Position numbers and translations under genes: made by a program
Shown here: positions 30,155 to 38,464 of the stretch, piece by piece
Layout of the letters: every line of letters starts with the position of its first letter
Numbering within the stretch: the stretch's first letter is position 1
DNA from: an uncultured Bordetella sp.
GTDB taxonomy: Bacteria > Pseudomonadota > Gammaproteobacteria > Burkholderiales > Burkholderiaceae_E
Direction of reading: 5' to 3'
DNA: 64,000 nucleotides
Assembly (NCBI GenBank): GCA_964581825.1
Contig: CAZORB010000001.1
Coordinates: forward strand, 33,291 to 97,290
The notes under the pieces: model-generated
Seen by the model: the letters and a program-made list of their open reading frames with translations, nothing else
The model's database searches: none
Told to the model about the DNA's origin: nothing

Positions 30155-30871
30155 ATGACCCTCGCCGACCCCGACCAGGTACCGCTGATTGCCGACGAAC
30201 TGGATGAGCTCAATGCCATCGCCCGGCTCGATGCACAGCGCATCATCGAACTGGGCTGCGGCCCGGCGCAGATGGCCCGCCGGCTCATCACGCGGTTTCC
30301 GCGCTGTTCCATCGCAGCGCTTGAGATCGACGCGGTCCAACATCGCAAGAACATCGCCAGCCCACAGCCCGGTATCGAGTTCATCGAGTCGGGCGCGCAG
30401 GCGGTGCCGTTTGCCGATGCGAGCTTTGATCTGGCGATCATGCTGAAGTCGCTGCACCATGTGCCCATGCCCATGATCGGCCAGGCGATCGGCGAGGTCG
30501 CTCGGGTGCTCAAGCCGGGCGGTCTGTTCTATGTCTCCGAGCCCGTCTACGGCGGCGCGTTCAACTCGCTGATCCGGCTCTTCAACGACGAGGGCGTGGT
30601 GCGCGCGGCAGCGCAGAAGGCGCTCGATGACGCCTTGTCACAGGCCGGCCGCTGGGAGCAGGTGAGCAACCGGCGCTTCGGGCTCTCCAGCACCTTTGCC
30701 AATTTCGAGGAATTCGAAACCAAGCAGATGCGGCCGAGCTACGCGGACCATCGGCTCGACGACGACAAAATCGCTGAAGTGCGCACAGCATTCGCGCCCT
30801 TCATGGGGCCAGGCGGCGCAAGCTTCGTCCGGCCGCTCCACGTCAGGGTGTTGCGCCGGCTCGCGGGCTGA
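30155..30871 (+). CDS. Class I SAM-dependent methyltransferase
   Basis: Motif [11 protein letters not shown] and post-I/II regions ([24 protein letters not shown]). AAGG lies 7 nt upstream of the ATG. Confidence 0.8.
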   Translation: MTLADPDQVPLIADELDELNAIARLDAQRIIELGCGPAQMARRLITRFPRCSIAALEIDAVQHRKNIASPQPGIEFIESGAQAVPFADASFDLAIMLKSLHHVPMPMIGQAIGEVARVLKPGGLFYVSEPVYGGAFNSLIRLFNDEGVVRAAAQKALDDALSQAGRWEQVSNRRFGLSSTFANFEEFETKQMRPSYADHRLDDDKIAEVRTAFAPFMGPGGASFVRPLHVRVLRRLAG

Positions 30872-30938
30872 TTCGGGTCAGTACAATGACGCTCCTCGCC
30901 GCGGTACGGTCACCGCGAGCAGCTCCGAAGGAATTGTC

Positions 30939-32033
30939 ATGTCGCTCAAATGCGGAATCGTCGGCCTACCCAACGTCGGCAAGTCCACGCTCTTCAACGC
31001 GCTGACCAAAGCCGGGATCGCCGCAGAAAACTATCCCTTCTGCACGATCGAGCCGAATGTTGGCATCGTCGAAGTCCCCGATCCGCGCCTGGCGGCGCTC
31101 GCCGGGCTGGTGAAACCTCAGCGCGTGATGCCTGCCACGGTTGAGTTTGTTGACATCGCCGGGCTGGTAGCCGGTGCCTCCAAAGGCGAAGGGCTGGGCA
31201 ATCAGTTCCTCGCCAATATCCGCGAAACCGATGCGATCGTACATGTGGTGCGCTGCTTTGAAGACAGCAACGTGATCCACGTGAGCGGCAAGATCGATCC
31301 GCTCTCCGATATCGAGATCATCAACACCGAGCTGGCGCTTGCCGATCTGGCCACCGTCGACAAGGCGCTGGTGCGCTACACCAAGGTGGCGCGAGCAGGC
31401 GGCGACAAAGAGGCGCAGCGGCTGGTCGCCGTGCTCGAAAAATGTCTTGTCGTGCTCAACGAGGCCAAGCCCGTGCGCTCGCTCGACCTGTACGACGAAG
31501 AAAAAGCAGTGTTGAAGCCACTCTGTCTGATCACGGCCAAGCCCACGATGTACGTGGCGAACGTAAAAGAAGGGGGCTTCACCAACAATCCGCACCTTGA
31601 AGCGGTCATGCGGCATGCGGCGACCGAAAACTCGGTCGTGGTACCGGTGTGCGCCGCGATCGAGGCCGAAATTGCCGATCTGTCCGATGACGACAAGATG
31701 GTGTTCCTGTCAGACATTGGTATGGAAGAGCCGGGCCTGAACCGCGTGATTCGCGCAGCATTCAAGCTGCTGGGCCTGCAAACCTACTTCACCGCCGGCG
31801 AAAAAGAGGTGCGGGCCTGGACTGTACGTGTTGGCGCCACCGCCCCCCAGGCGGCTGGCGTGATTCACACCGACTTCGAACGCGGCTTTATCCGTGCCGA
31901 AACCATCGCTTACGACGACTACATCGCGTGCAAGGGCGAAAACGGCGCCAAAGACAAAGGCAAGATGCGCCTGGAAGGCAAAGACTACGTGCTGCGCGAT
32001 GGCGATGTGATGCATTTCCGGTTCAACGTCTGA
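30939..32033 (+). CDS. ychF: Redox-regulated ATPase YchF
   Basis: [23 protein letters not shown] and the C-terminal TGS-like domain [15 protein letters not shown] Shine-Dalgarno. The ORF-track extension from 30696 overlaps the methyltransferase and is rejected. Confidence 0.95.
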   Translation: MSLKCGIVGLPNVGKSTLFNALTKAGIAAENYPFCTIEPNVGIVEVPDPRLAALAGLVKPQRVMPATVEFVDIAGLVAGASKGEGLGNQFLANIRETDAIVHVVRCFEDSNVIHVSGKIDPLSDIEIINTELALADLATVDKALVRYTKVARAGGDKEAQRLVAVLEKCLVVLNEAKPVRSLDLYDEEKAVLKPLCLITAKPTMYVANVKEGGFTNNPHLEAVMRHAATENSVVVPVCAAIEAEIADLSDDDKMVFLSDIGMEEPGLNRVIRAAFKLLGLQTYFTAGEKEVRAWTVRVGATAPQAAGVIHTDFERGFIRAETIAYDDYIACKGENGAKDKGKMRLEGKDYVLRDGDVMHFRFNV

Positions 32034-32068
32034 TCCAAACATTCGACCCAAACCTCAGGACCCTTCGA

Positions 32069-32866
32069 ATGAACTTTCCAAACTACGCCACGCTCAAGCT
32101 CGAGATGATCGAGCCGCATGTGCTCCTCATCACCCTGAACCGTCCGGAAGTTGCCAACGCCATCAACACCCAGATGGGTCATGACATGCTCGATTTGTGG
32201 CGCAGGCTCACCGACGATGCGGGTGATGTGCGCTGCGCCATTCTCACGGGTGCTGGCGAAAAAATATTCTGCGCGGGCGGCGACCTGAAAGAGCGAAATG
32301 GCATGACCAAGCAGCAGTGGGTCGCGCAACATGAGCTGTTTGAGCGTGCCTATTGGACGCTGGTAGAAGTGCCGGTGCCCATCATTGCGGCCATCAATGG
32401 TCATGCCTATGCTGGCGGACTTGAAACCGCGCTGGCCTGTGATTTTCTCTATGCAACCAGCACCGCGCGCTTTGCCCTCACCGAGGTATCGATCGGCATC
32501 ATGCCGGGCGGCGGCGGCACGCAAAACCTGCCGCGTGCGGTGGGCGAGCGCCGCGCGAAAGAAATCATTCTTACCGCCAAGCCCTTCAGCGCGCAGCAGG
32601 CCGCTGAATGGGGACTGGTCAATCGCGTCTGCGAGCCGGCCGAGCTCATGCCTGCAGTGCTGGAAACAGCGCGCGCCATTGCGGGTAACGCGCCGCTCTC
32701 GGTTCGCCAGGCGAAAAAATCAATTCATTTCGGCCTGCAGATGGAACTCAAAACCGCCTACCGGTTTGAAGTCGAGGCGTACAACCACCTGATCGAAACC
32801 GAAGACCGCTACGAGGGAATTCGCGCGTTCAACGAAAAAAGAAAGCCTGTCTTCAAAGGCAAGTAA
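32069..32866 (+). CDS. Enoyl-CoA hydratase/isomerase (crotonase) family protein
   Basis: LITLNRPEVANAI and AAINGHAYAGGLETALACDF (oxyanion-hole region). The start at ATG 32069 was checked by codon arithmetic. Confidence 0.88.
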   Translation: MNFPNYATLKLEMIEPHVLLITLNRPEVANAINTQMGHDMLDLWRRLTDDAGDVRCAILTGAGEKIFCAGGDLKERNGMTKQQWVAQHELFERAYWTLVEVPVPIIAAINGHAYAGGLETALACDFLYATSTARFALTEVSIGIMPGGGGTQNLPRAVGERRAKEIILTAKPFSAQQAAEWGLVNRVCEPAELMPAVLETARAIAGNAPLSVRQAKKSIHFGLQMELKTAYRFEVEAYNHLIETEDRYEGIRAFNEKRKPVFKGK

Positions 32867-32883
32867 ACGGAGGAGATCAAACC

Positions 32884-34086
32884 ATGGGGTCACATCAGGC
32901 AAGCGCCGCCGATCAGGCAGGTGTCAGCATTCCGCTGGGCGAAGACTACCCCGACATCCGGGAAAGCGTACGCCGCATCTGCCAGGATTTTCCCGGCAAA
33001 TACTGGCGTGATCTGGAGGCACGCGAAGCGTACCCCTCCGAGTTTGTTCAGGCGATGACGGATGCCGGCTATCTGGCAGCGCTCATCCCCGAAGAATATG
33101 GTGGTGCGGGCCTGCCGCTACGCGCTGCCTCCATCATCCTGGAAGAAATCCATGCAGAGGGCTGCAGCGCGGCAGCCGCGCATGCGCAGATGTACATCAT
33201 GGGTACGCTGCTTCGCCACGGCTCAGAAGAACAGAAACGTCGATACCTGCCGAAAATCGCCAGCGGCGAGCTTCGCCTGCAGGCCTTTGGTGTCACCGAG
33301 CCCACCACTGGCTCTGACACCACCCGGCTAAAGACCCGCGCAGTGCGCGATGGGGATCACTATGTGATTCATGGTCAAAAGGTCTGGACCTCGCGCGCCT
33401 TGTATTCCGACCTGATGCTGCTGCTTGCGCGCACCACGCCGCTTGATGAGGTTAAGAAGAAAACCGAAGGGCTTTCGGTATTTTTGGTTGATATTCGGGA
33501 ATGCCTGGGCAAAGGGTTGGAGATAAGGCCCTTAAAGGCCATGACCAATCACAACACCACCGAAGTGTTTTTCGAGGGTGCTCGGGTACCTGCCGAGAAT
33601 CTCATTGGCGAAGAGGGCAAAGGCTTTCGCTACATTCTTGACGGCATGAACGCTGAACGCATTCTGGTGTCATCCGAATCGATTGGTGATGCTCGCTGGT
33701 TCATCCGTACCGCATCCAAATATGCGAGCGAGCGCGTCGTCTTCAATCGGCCTATCGGCCAGAATCAGGGCATCCAGTTTCCGATCGCGCGCGCTTATGC
33801 GGAAACCCAGGCGGCCGATCTGATGCTGCGCAAGGCGGCTGCGCTATTCGAAGCGGGTTTGCCCTGCGGGGATGACGCCAACATCGCCAAACTTCTGGCC
33901 TCGGAAGCGTCATGGCATGCGGCGGAAGCCTGCATGCAGACCCATGGCGGATTTGGCTATGCGCGCGAATACGACGTTGAACGCAAGTGGCGCGAGGCGC
34001 GCATCCAGCAGATCGCCCCCATTTCAACCAATATGGTGCTTGCGTATATCGGCGAGCACGTATTGGGCATGCCGCGCTCGTACTGA
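32884..34086 (+). CDS. Acyl-CoA dehydrogenase family protein
   Basis: GVTEPTTGSDTTRLKTRA, KVWTSRA and the C-terminal helical domain, 400 aa in total. It follows the crotonase gene by 17 nt. Confidence 0.88.
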   Translation: MGSHQASAADQAGVSIPLGEDYPDIRESVRRICQDFPGKYWRDLEAREAYPSEFVQAMTDAGYLAALIPEEYGGAGLPLRAASIILEEIHAEGCSAAAAHAQMYIMGTLLRHGSEEQKRRYLPKIASGELRLQAFGVTEPTTGSDTTRLKTRAVRDGDHYVIHGQKVWTSRALYSDLMLLLARTTPLDEVKKKTEGLSVFLVDIRECLGKGLEIRPLKAMTNHNTTEVFFEGARVPAENLIGEEGKGFRYILDGMNAERILVSSESIGDARWFIRTASKYASERVVFNRPIGQNQGIQFPIARAYAETQAADLMLRKAAALFEAGLPCGDDANIAKLLASEASWHAAEACMQTHGGFGYAREYDVERKWREARIQQIAPISTNMVLAYIGEHVLGMPRSY

Positions 34087-34105
34087 ACTACCGCTTCGCC
34101 TCAGG

Positions 34106-34142
34106 GGCTGCGCGCCGCCCGGGTGGGGAGGGCGCCGCAGCC
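34106..34142. terminator. GC-rich hairpin between a convergent gene pair
   Basis: GGCTGCGCGCC (34106-34116) pairs with GGCGCCGCAGCC (34131-34142) with one bulge. Only a weak T-tract (TTGTCGT) follows. Confidence 0.35.
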
Positions 34143-34167
34143 TTGTCGTACAGTGCTCGCGAAGCTG

Positions 34168-34911
34168 TCAGTGGAACTCAAGCAGCGAGCCGTAGCCGGC
34201 CATTCTGTCCTGAATGCCGCAGGTACGAAGCGCATGCCAGTAGGTGGCGGTGTTGATGGCGATGACGGGTTTGCCCAAGAAGAGCTCAGCCGCCGCCGCC
34301 AGGCGAATCATCGACAGATTGGTACCTACCTGCACGATGGCATCGACATCATCGCTATCGAGCTCGCGGATGGCCTTGCGGCACATCTCATCAGTACTGT
34401 GGGCGATCAGCACAGGGCTCGGGCGCTTCAGGCAAAGATCGCGTACCACCGTGAAACCGCTGTCCTCATAGAAGCGACGCACCTGCTCGTTTGCCACCTC
34501 GAAATAAGGCGACAGGAACGCAATACGCTTGGCGCCCAGCGTCTCGAGCGCGGCGGCGGTGGCAAACGAGCCGCAGGACACGCCCACCCCCGCATGTTCG
34601 GACAGCTGCTTGACGTAGGCCTCGGCGCCTTTGCGCCCATCCCAGAACGTGGTGGCCGACATGCCCATGACCAGATACTGCATTTCGCAGCTTTTCAGCA
34701 CGTCGATTGCCGCCAGCGTTTCGCCCATGATGGCCTTCACCAGCCGAAGAAAGTCTTCGTTGTTGTTGACGGGCATGTTGGGAATGATGATTCGGCTGTA
34801 GTGGTTGGTGACACCAATGGGCCGAAGGTCGTCGAAGTCAGGCTGAACGATGGTGTTGGTGGACGGGCCGGTAACCCCAAAGATCTTCCGATAGCCAAGG
34901 TGGTCGGGCAT
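34168..34911 (-). CDS. Asp/Glu/hydantoin racemase superfamily protein (maleate isomerase / arylmalonate decarboxylase-like)
   Basis: N-terminal IFGVTGPSTNTIVQPDF resembles the maleate isomerase opening IVPSSNTTME. The two positions I align with the catalytic Cys read VMGMSATT and VQVGTNLS, so neither is Cys. Confidence 0.7.
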   Translation of the reverse strand: MPDHLGYRKIFGVTGPSTNTIVQPDFDDLRPIGVTNHYSRIIIPNMPVNNNEDFLRLVKAIMGETLAAIDVLKSCEMQYLVMGMSATTFWDGRKGAEAYVKQLSEHAGVGVSCGSFATAAALETLGAKRIAFLSPYFEVANEQVRRFYEDSGFTVVRDLCLKRPSPVLIAHSTDEMCRKAIRELDSDDVDAIVQVGTNLSMIRLAAAAELFLGKPVIAINTATYWHALRTCGIQDRMAGYGSLLEFH

Positions 34912-35010
34912 GGTGTGCTCCCTTGATACGGCGCGGCCGAGCGCGCCGGTTGGTAAATGGGCCGTGCCGATGGCTCAGCCCCGATGCTTGCTGCCTGCGG
35001 AAAAAGAGCG

Positions 35011-35919
35011 TCAGCCCTCCGAGTCGGCATGCGCCTTGTCGAAGCCTGCAACCCAGTCGAAACCCATCATCTGCGAAAACTCAGGGAAGGGGTAGAGCGG
35101 CTGCGTCATACCTGCCGTTGAGCCATCGCGCTGAAGCTTCTCGTACACCGAACGTACCGCCGCCCCCGTGGCGAGAAACGCCGCTGCAGGGAAAATTGCA
35201 AGCGAATAGCCGATCTCGGAGAGGGCCTGCGCGGTGAGCACAGGTGTACGTCCACCATCGACCATGTTGGCCACCAGCGGCAGATCAAATGAGCGACCGA
35301 GCTTTCTCATCTCCTCTTCCGACTCTGGGCTTTCGATGAACAGCATGTCGGCGCCTGCACGCGCATACACCTCGGCGCGGCGCATGGCCTCGTCCAGGCC
35401 CAGCGTGGTGCGTGCATCGGTGCGCGCGATGATCAGAAAATTCGGGTCGTTGCGGGTTTCAACCGCCACCCGGATTTTGGCGGCCATTTCCTCAGCGCTG
35501 ACCACCTTGCGGCCTAGCATGTGGCCACATTTCTTGGGGAACTGCTGGTCTTCGAGCTGGATCGCGCAGGCACCCGCTGCCTCATAACCGCGCACCGTGT
35601 GCATCACGTTAAGCAGGCCGCCATAACCGGTATCACCATCGCAAATCATGGGCGTAGAAGTGATGGTGGCGAACTGGGCAACCCGGTTGACCATATCGGT
35701 ATAGGTGGCGATTCCGGCATCGGGCAAACCCATGTACGAGGCCACTGTGCCGTAGCCAGTCATGTAGAGCGCCTCAAAACCCATGGAGTCGGCGATCTTT
35801 GCCGAAATCATCTCGAACACGCCGGGGGCGATCGTGAGCTTGCCGCGTCGGATTCTCGAGCGCAGCAGCGCCCGGCGTTCGGCGTTGGAAAGCGTGTTCA
35901 AGCCCTGTTTGATCATCAT
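35011..35919 (-). CDS. Isocitrate lyase / PEP mutase family enzyme (methylisocitrate-lyase-like)
   Basis: Family signature FPKKCGH, plus CDGDTGYGG and IARTDA motifs. The start is ATG 35919 (MMIKQGL). Confidence 0.85.
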   Translation of the reverse strand: MMIKQGLNTLSNAERRALLRSRIRRGKLTIAPGVFEMISAKIADSMGFEALYMTGYGTVASYMGLPDAGIATYTDMVNRVAQFATITSTPMICDGDTGYGGLLNVMHTVRGYEAAGACAIQLEDQQFPKKCGHMLGRKVVSAEEMAAKIRVAVETRNDPNFLIIARTDARTTLGLDEAMRRAEVYARAGADMLFIESPESEEEMRKLGRSFDLPLVANMVDGGRTPVLTAQALSEIGYSLAIFPAAAFLATGAAVRSVYEKLQRDGSTAGMTQPLYPFPEFSQMMGFDWVAGFDKAHADSEG

Positions 35920-36135
35920 GTTGCCTTTCGTCACTGGTTTCGAATGAACTGCCGGTCGATTCGCGGCGGCCGCTCTGCAATGTACACAAAATGCGCGCAC
36001 CTGTAGGCGGAAGTCAACCCACCGTCTCTCAGATGCGCCGGAGCCGCGCGGGTCTGCGAAGGGCTCCTAAACCGAGGTGCGCTCGGAATCAGCTAGAGTT
36101 GCAAACACAGGATAACTAGCCGGAGGAGAACTCGG

Positions 36136-36711
36136 ATGCGTGCATTGTGGTTTGACACGCCGCTCGGGGCGATGGTGGCGCTTGGCAATGCGCAGACGCT
36201 GCGTGGCCTGCACTTCGGCGGCGCGAAGCACTTACCCGATCTGCAGGGTTGCGAAGAAGGACGCGAATGCCTGCTGCTTCGCAGAGTGCAGCGACAGGTC
36301 GGCGAATACTTCGAGGGTCAACGGTCTGCGTTTGATGTGCCGCTCGATCACGAGGGCACTGCCCTGCAAAAGGCAGTCTGGCAGGCGCTCGCCGACATCC
36401 CTGTCGGCTCAACCATTTCTTACTCCGAGCTTGCGGCGCGCGTCGGCGCACCGCGTGCGGTGCGTGCGGTCGCTCAGGCCGTGGGCAGAAATCCCTGGAC
36501 CCTCATTCGACCCTGCCATCGCATCATCGGTTCAAACGGATCGCTCACTGGGTTTGCCGGCGGGCTCGAACGAAAGTCGGCCCTGCTCGCGCATGAAGCG
36601 CGCATGGCGCGCGAGCGTGGCGCAGCCGAAGTCGCGCAAGGCTTCGCCAGGCAGAAAAGCGCTGACATCACCCCGATGCGCACGCCCCCGTTACCGGCCC
36701 GCTCCCGCTGA
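36136..36711 (+). CDS. ogt: Methylated-DNA--protein-cysteine methyltransferase
   Basis: Active site IRPCHRIIGSNG, preceded by the ISYSELAARVGAPRAVRAVAQAVGRNP helix-turn-helix region. Confidence 0.9.
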   Translation: MRALWFDTPLGAMVALGNAQTLRGLHFGGAKHLPDLQGCEEGRECLLLRRVQRQVGEYFEGQRSAFDVPLDHEGTALQKAVWQALADIPVGSTISYSELAARVGAPRAVRAVAQAVGRNPWTLIRPCHRIIGSNGSLTGFAGGLERKSALLAHEARMARERGAAEVAQGFARQKSADITPMRTPPLPARSR

Positions 36712-36747
36712 GCGGGGCTCTCACCCCTGATCCACGGAGTCGCCCTC

Positions 36748-37680
36748 ATGCTCGATCCGAACGCCGCAGCGATGCTCAAATTGATCGCGGACAAAGGAAT
36801 CCCGCCGATGCACGCGGAACCGCCGCCGCAAGCCAGGCAGTCCTATCGCTCAAGGCGGTTCTACGCACAGCCCGAGCCGCCCGTTGTCTCGCTGATTCAC
36901 GACAAGCGAATCGCCGGGCCCGGGGGCGATCTCGGCATTCGCATCTATCGCGGCGCGCCAGGCGACGATCAGCGTGGCGCGCTGGTGTTTTTTCACGGCG
37001 GAGGCTGGGTTATCGGCGATCTCGATACCCACGACATCGCATGCCGTCAGCTCGCGCTGGCGGGTGGGTTCTCGGTCATCTCGGTTGATTATCGGCTTGC
37101 GCCCGAGCACCGGTTCCCGGCTGCAGTCGACGACTGTATCGCCGCAACCCGCTGGGTGCGTGACAACGCCCACTCGCTGCGAATCGATCCGGACCGAATC
37201 GCGGTGGGTGGCGACAGCGCAGGCGGCAATCTGGCTGCGGTGGTGTCCATCGCGCTACGCGATGCGGGCGAGTCGTGGCTGCGCTTTCAACTGCTGATCT
37301 ATCCGGTTACTGATATGCGTCAGGTGGCCGATTCGCATCGGCGAAACGGTGAGGGCTATCTGCTCACCGCCGACGCAATACGCTGGTTCCGCGAACACTA
37401 CATGGGGCCCGAAGCCGACATCGCCGACTGGCGCGCCTCGCCACTACTTGCCGCCAATCTGGCGGGGCTACCGCCCGCACTGGTCATCACTGCGGGCTTT
37501 GATCCGCTGCGCGATGAAGGTCGGCAATATGCTGACGCACTCAGCGCCGCCGGGACGCGCGCTCAGTACGTGTGCTTCGAGCGGCAGCTGCATGGCTTCA
37601 TCAACATGACTCGCGTCATTCCTGAGGCCCATACCGCTGTGCGTCTGGCAGCAGACGCCTGCGCGCGCGCACTCAGCTGA
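36748..37680 (+). CDS. Alpha/beta hydrolase, hormone-sensitive-lipase-type esterase
   Basis: Oxyanion motif FFHGGGW and nucleophile elbow GGDSAGGN. Confidence 0.88.
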   Translation: MLDPNAAAMLKLIADKGIPPMHAEPPPQARQSYRSRRFYAQPEPPVVSLIHDKRIAGPGGDLGIRIYRGAPGDDQRGALVFFHGGGWVIGDLDTHDIACRQLALAGGFSVISVDYRLAPEHRFPAAVDDCIAATRWVRDNAHSLRIDPDRIAVGGDSAGGNLAAVVSIALRDAGESWLRFQLLIYPVTDMRQVADSHRRNGEGYLLTADAIRWFREHYMGPEADIADWRASPLLAANLAGLPPALVITAGFDPLRDEGRQYADALSAAGTRAQYVCFERQLHGFINMTRVIPEAHTAVRLAADACARALS

Positions 37681-37688
37681 AGCAATAG

Positions 37689-37721
37689 GGAGGCGGCCAC
37701 TGCACGCCGCCTCCAGATTTT
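37689..37721 (+). terminator. Rho-independent terminator after the esterase gene
   Basis: GGAGGCGG (37689-37696) pairs with CCGCCTCC (37707-37714), followed by AGATTTT. Confidence 0.6.
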
Positions 37722-37734
37722 CGGAAGCCGCTCG

Positions 37735-38229
37735 TCAGTCGCGCACTTCGAATAACGCTTCGATCTCGACCGGAATATCGCGATACAGCTCGGCGACCCC
37801 AATCGCAGACCGGGTGTGGCGGCCGATTTCGCCAAAAACTTCCACCATCAGGTCGGAAAAGCCGTTGAGCACCAGCGACGGCGTGTTGAAGCCCGGGGCA
37901 CAGTTGATGAAGCCAATCGCGTGCACCACACGAACGACTCGGTCCAGTGAACCGATGCAGCCCTTGAGCGTGCCCAGGATGTACAGGCCGGTTTCCCGCG
38001 CGGCCACCGCGCCCTGTGCCTCGTTCAGTTCCCGGCCGAGCTTGCCCATGATCACGGGCGTGTCGGTGAGCGGCTCGATTGGCCCGTGACCGCTCATGTG
38101 TACATGGATGCCTGAGCGCAGTGCGCGAACCCGATTGGGTTTATCGATCCAGGCCGGTGGCAACACGATGCCCAGCTGCTTCAGGCGTTCTTCGGGCGAG
38201 ACGCCCGGGGGGCACGGGCCGGCGCTCAT
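37735..38229 (-). CDS. RidA/YjgF/L-PSP family protein
   Basis: The C-terminal RSAIGVAELYRDIPVEIEALFEV is typical of the YjgF fold. I place the start at ATG 38229. Confidence 0.8.
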   Translation of the reverse strand: MSAGPCPPGVSPEERLKQLGIVLPPAWIDKPNRVRALRSGIHVHMSGHGPIEPLTDTPVIMGKLGRELNEAQGAVAARETGLYILGTLKGCIGSLDRVVRVVHAIGFINCAPGFNTPSLVLNGFSDLMVEVFGEIGRHTRSAIGVAELYRDIPVEIEALFEVRD

Positions 38230-38464
38230 GGCCTGCTCCGATCGACAGCGGCGAGTCGTTGCGCAATACCAGACATCAGCGATCACTCCTTCACTCAGGG
38301 TTTTCCGAAGGGCAATGGTGCCTGATCCGCGGCAAAAGTGAAATCAGCCTTGGCAGTGGGGTTGGCGGGCAGCAGGCATACTCACCGACCAGAATTCGTG
38401 TGCGGCAGGCAGCGCATCGCTCTGCAGGTCGCCCAACGCTTGCAACGCACTGAATGAACGCCTG

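Noticed and set aside
30696-30938. Upstream extensions of conserved genes in the ORF track: ychF from 30696, the crotonase from 31928, lptB from 15403, ppx from 46113, yfhL to 48641 and the ABC-2 permease to 5820.
   Set aside because: Each extension overlaps the preceding conserved gene and is Arg/Gly/Ser-rich. In each case an internal start coincides with the conserved N-terminus, usually with a Shine-Dalgarno or a stop/start overlap.
36140-36730. A 196-aa ORF in an alternative frame that overlaps ogt almost completely on the same strand.
   Set aside because: The frame starting at 36136 contains the PCHR active site and the MGMT helix-turn-helix. The alternative frame is Arg/Ser/Cys-rich with no motifs.
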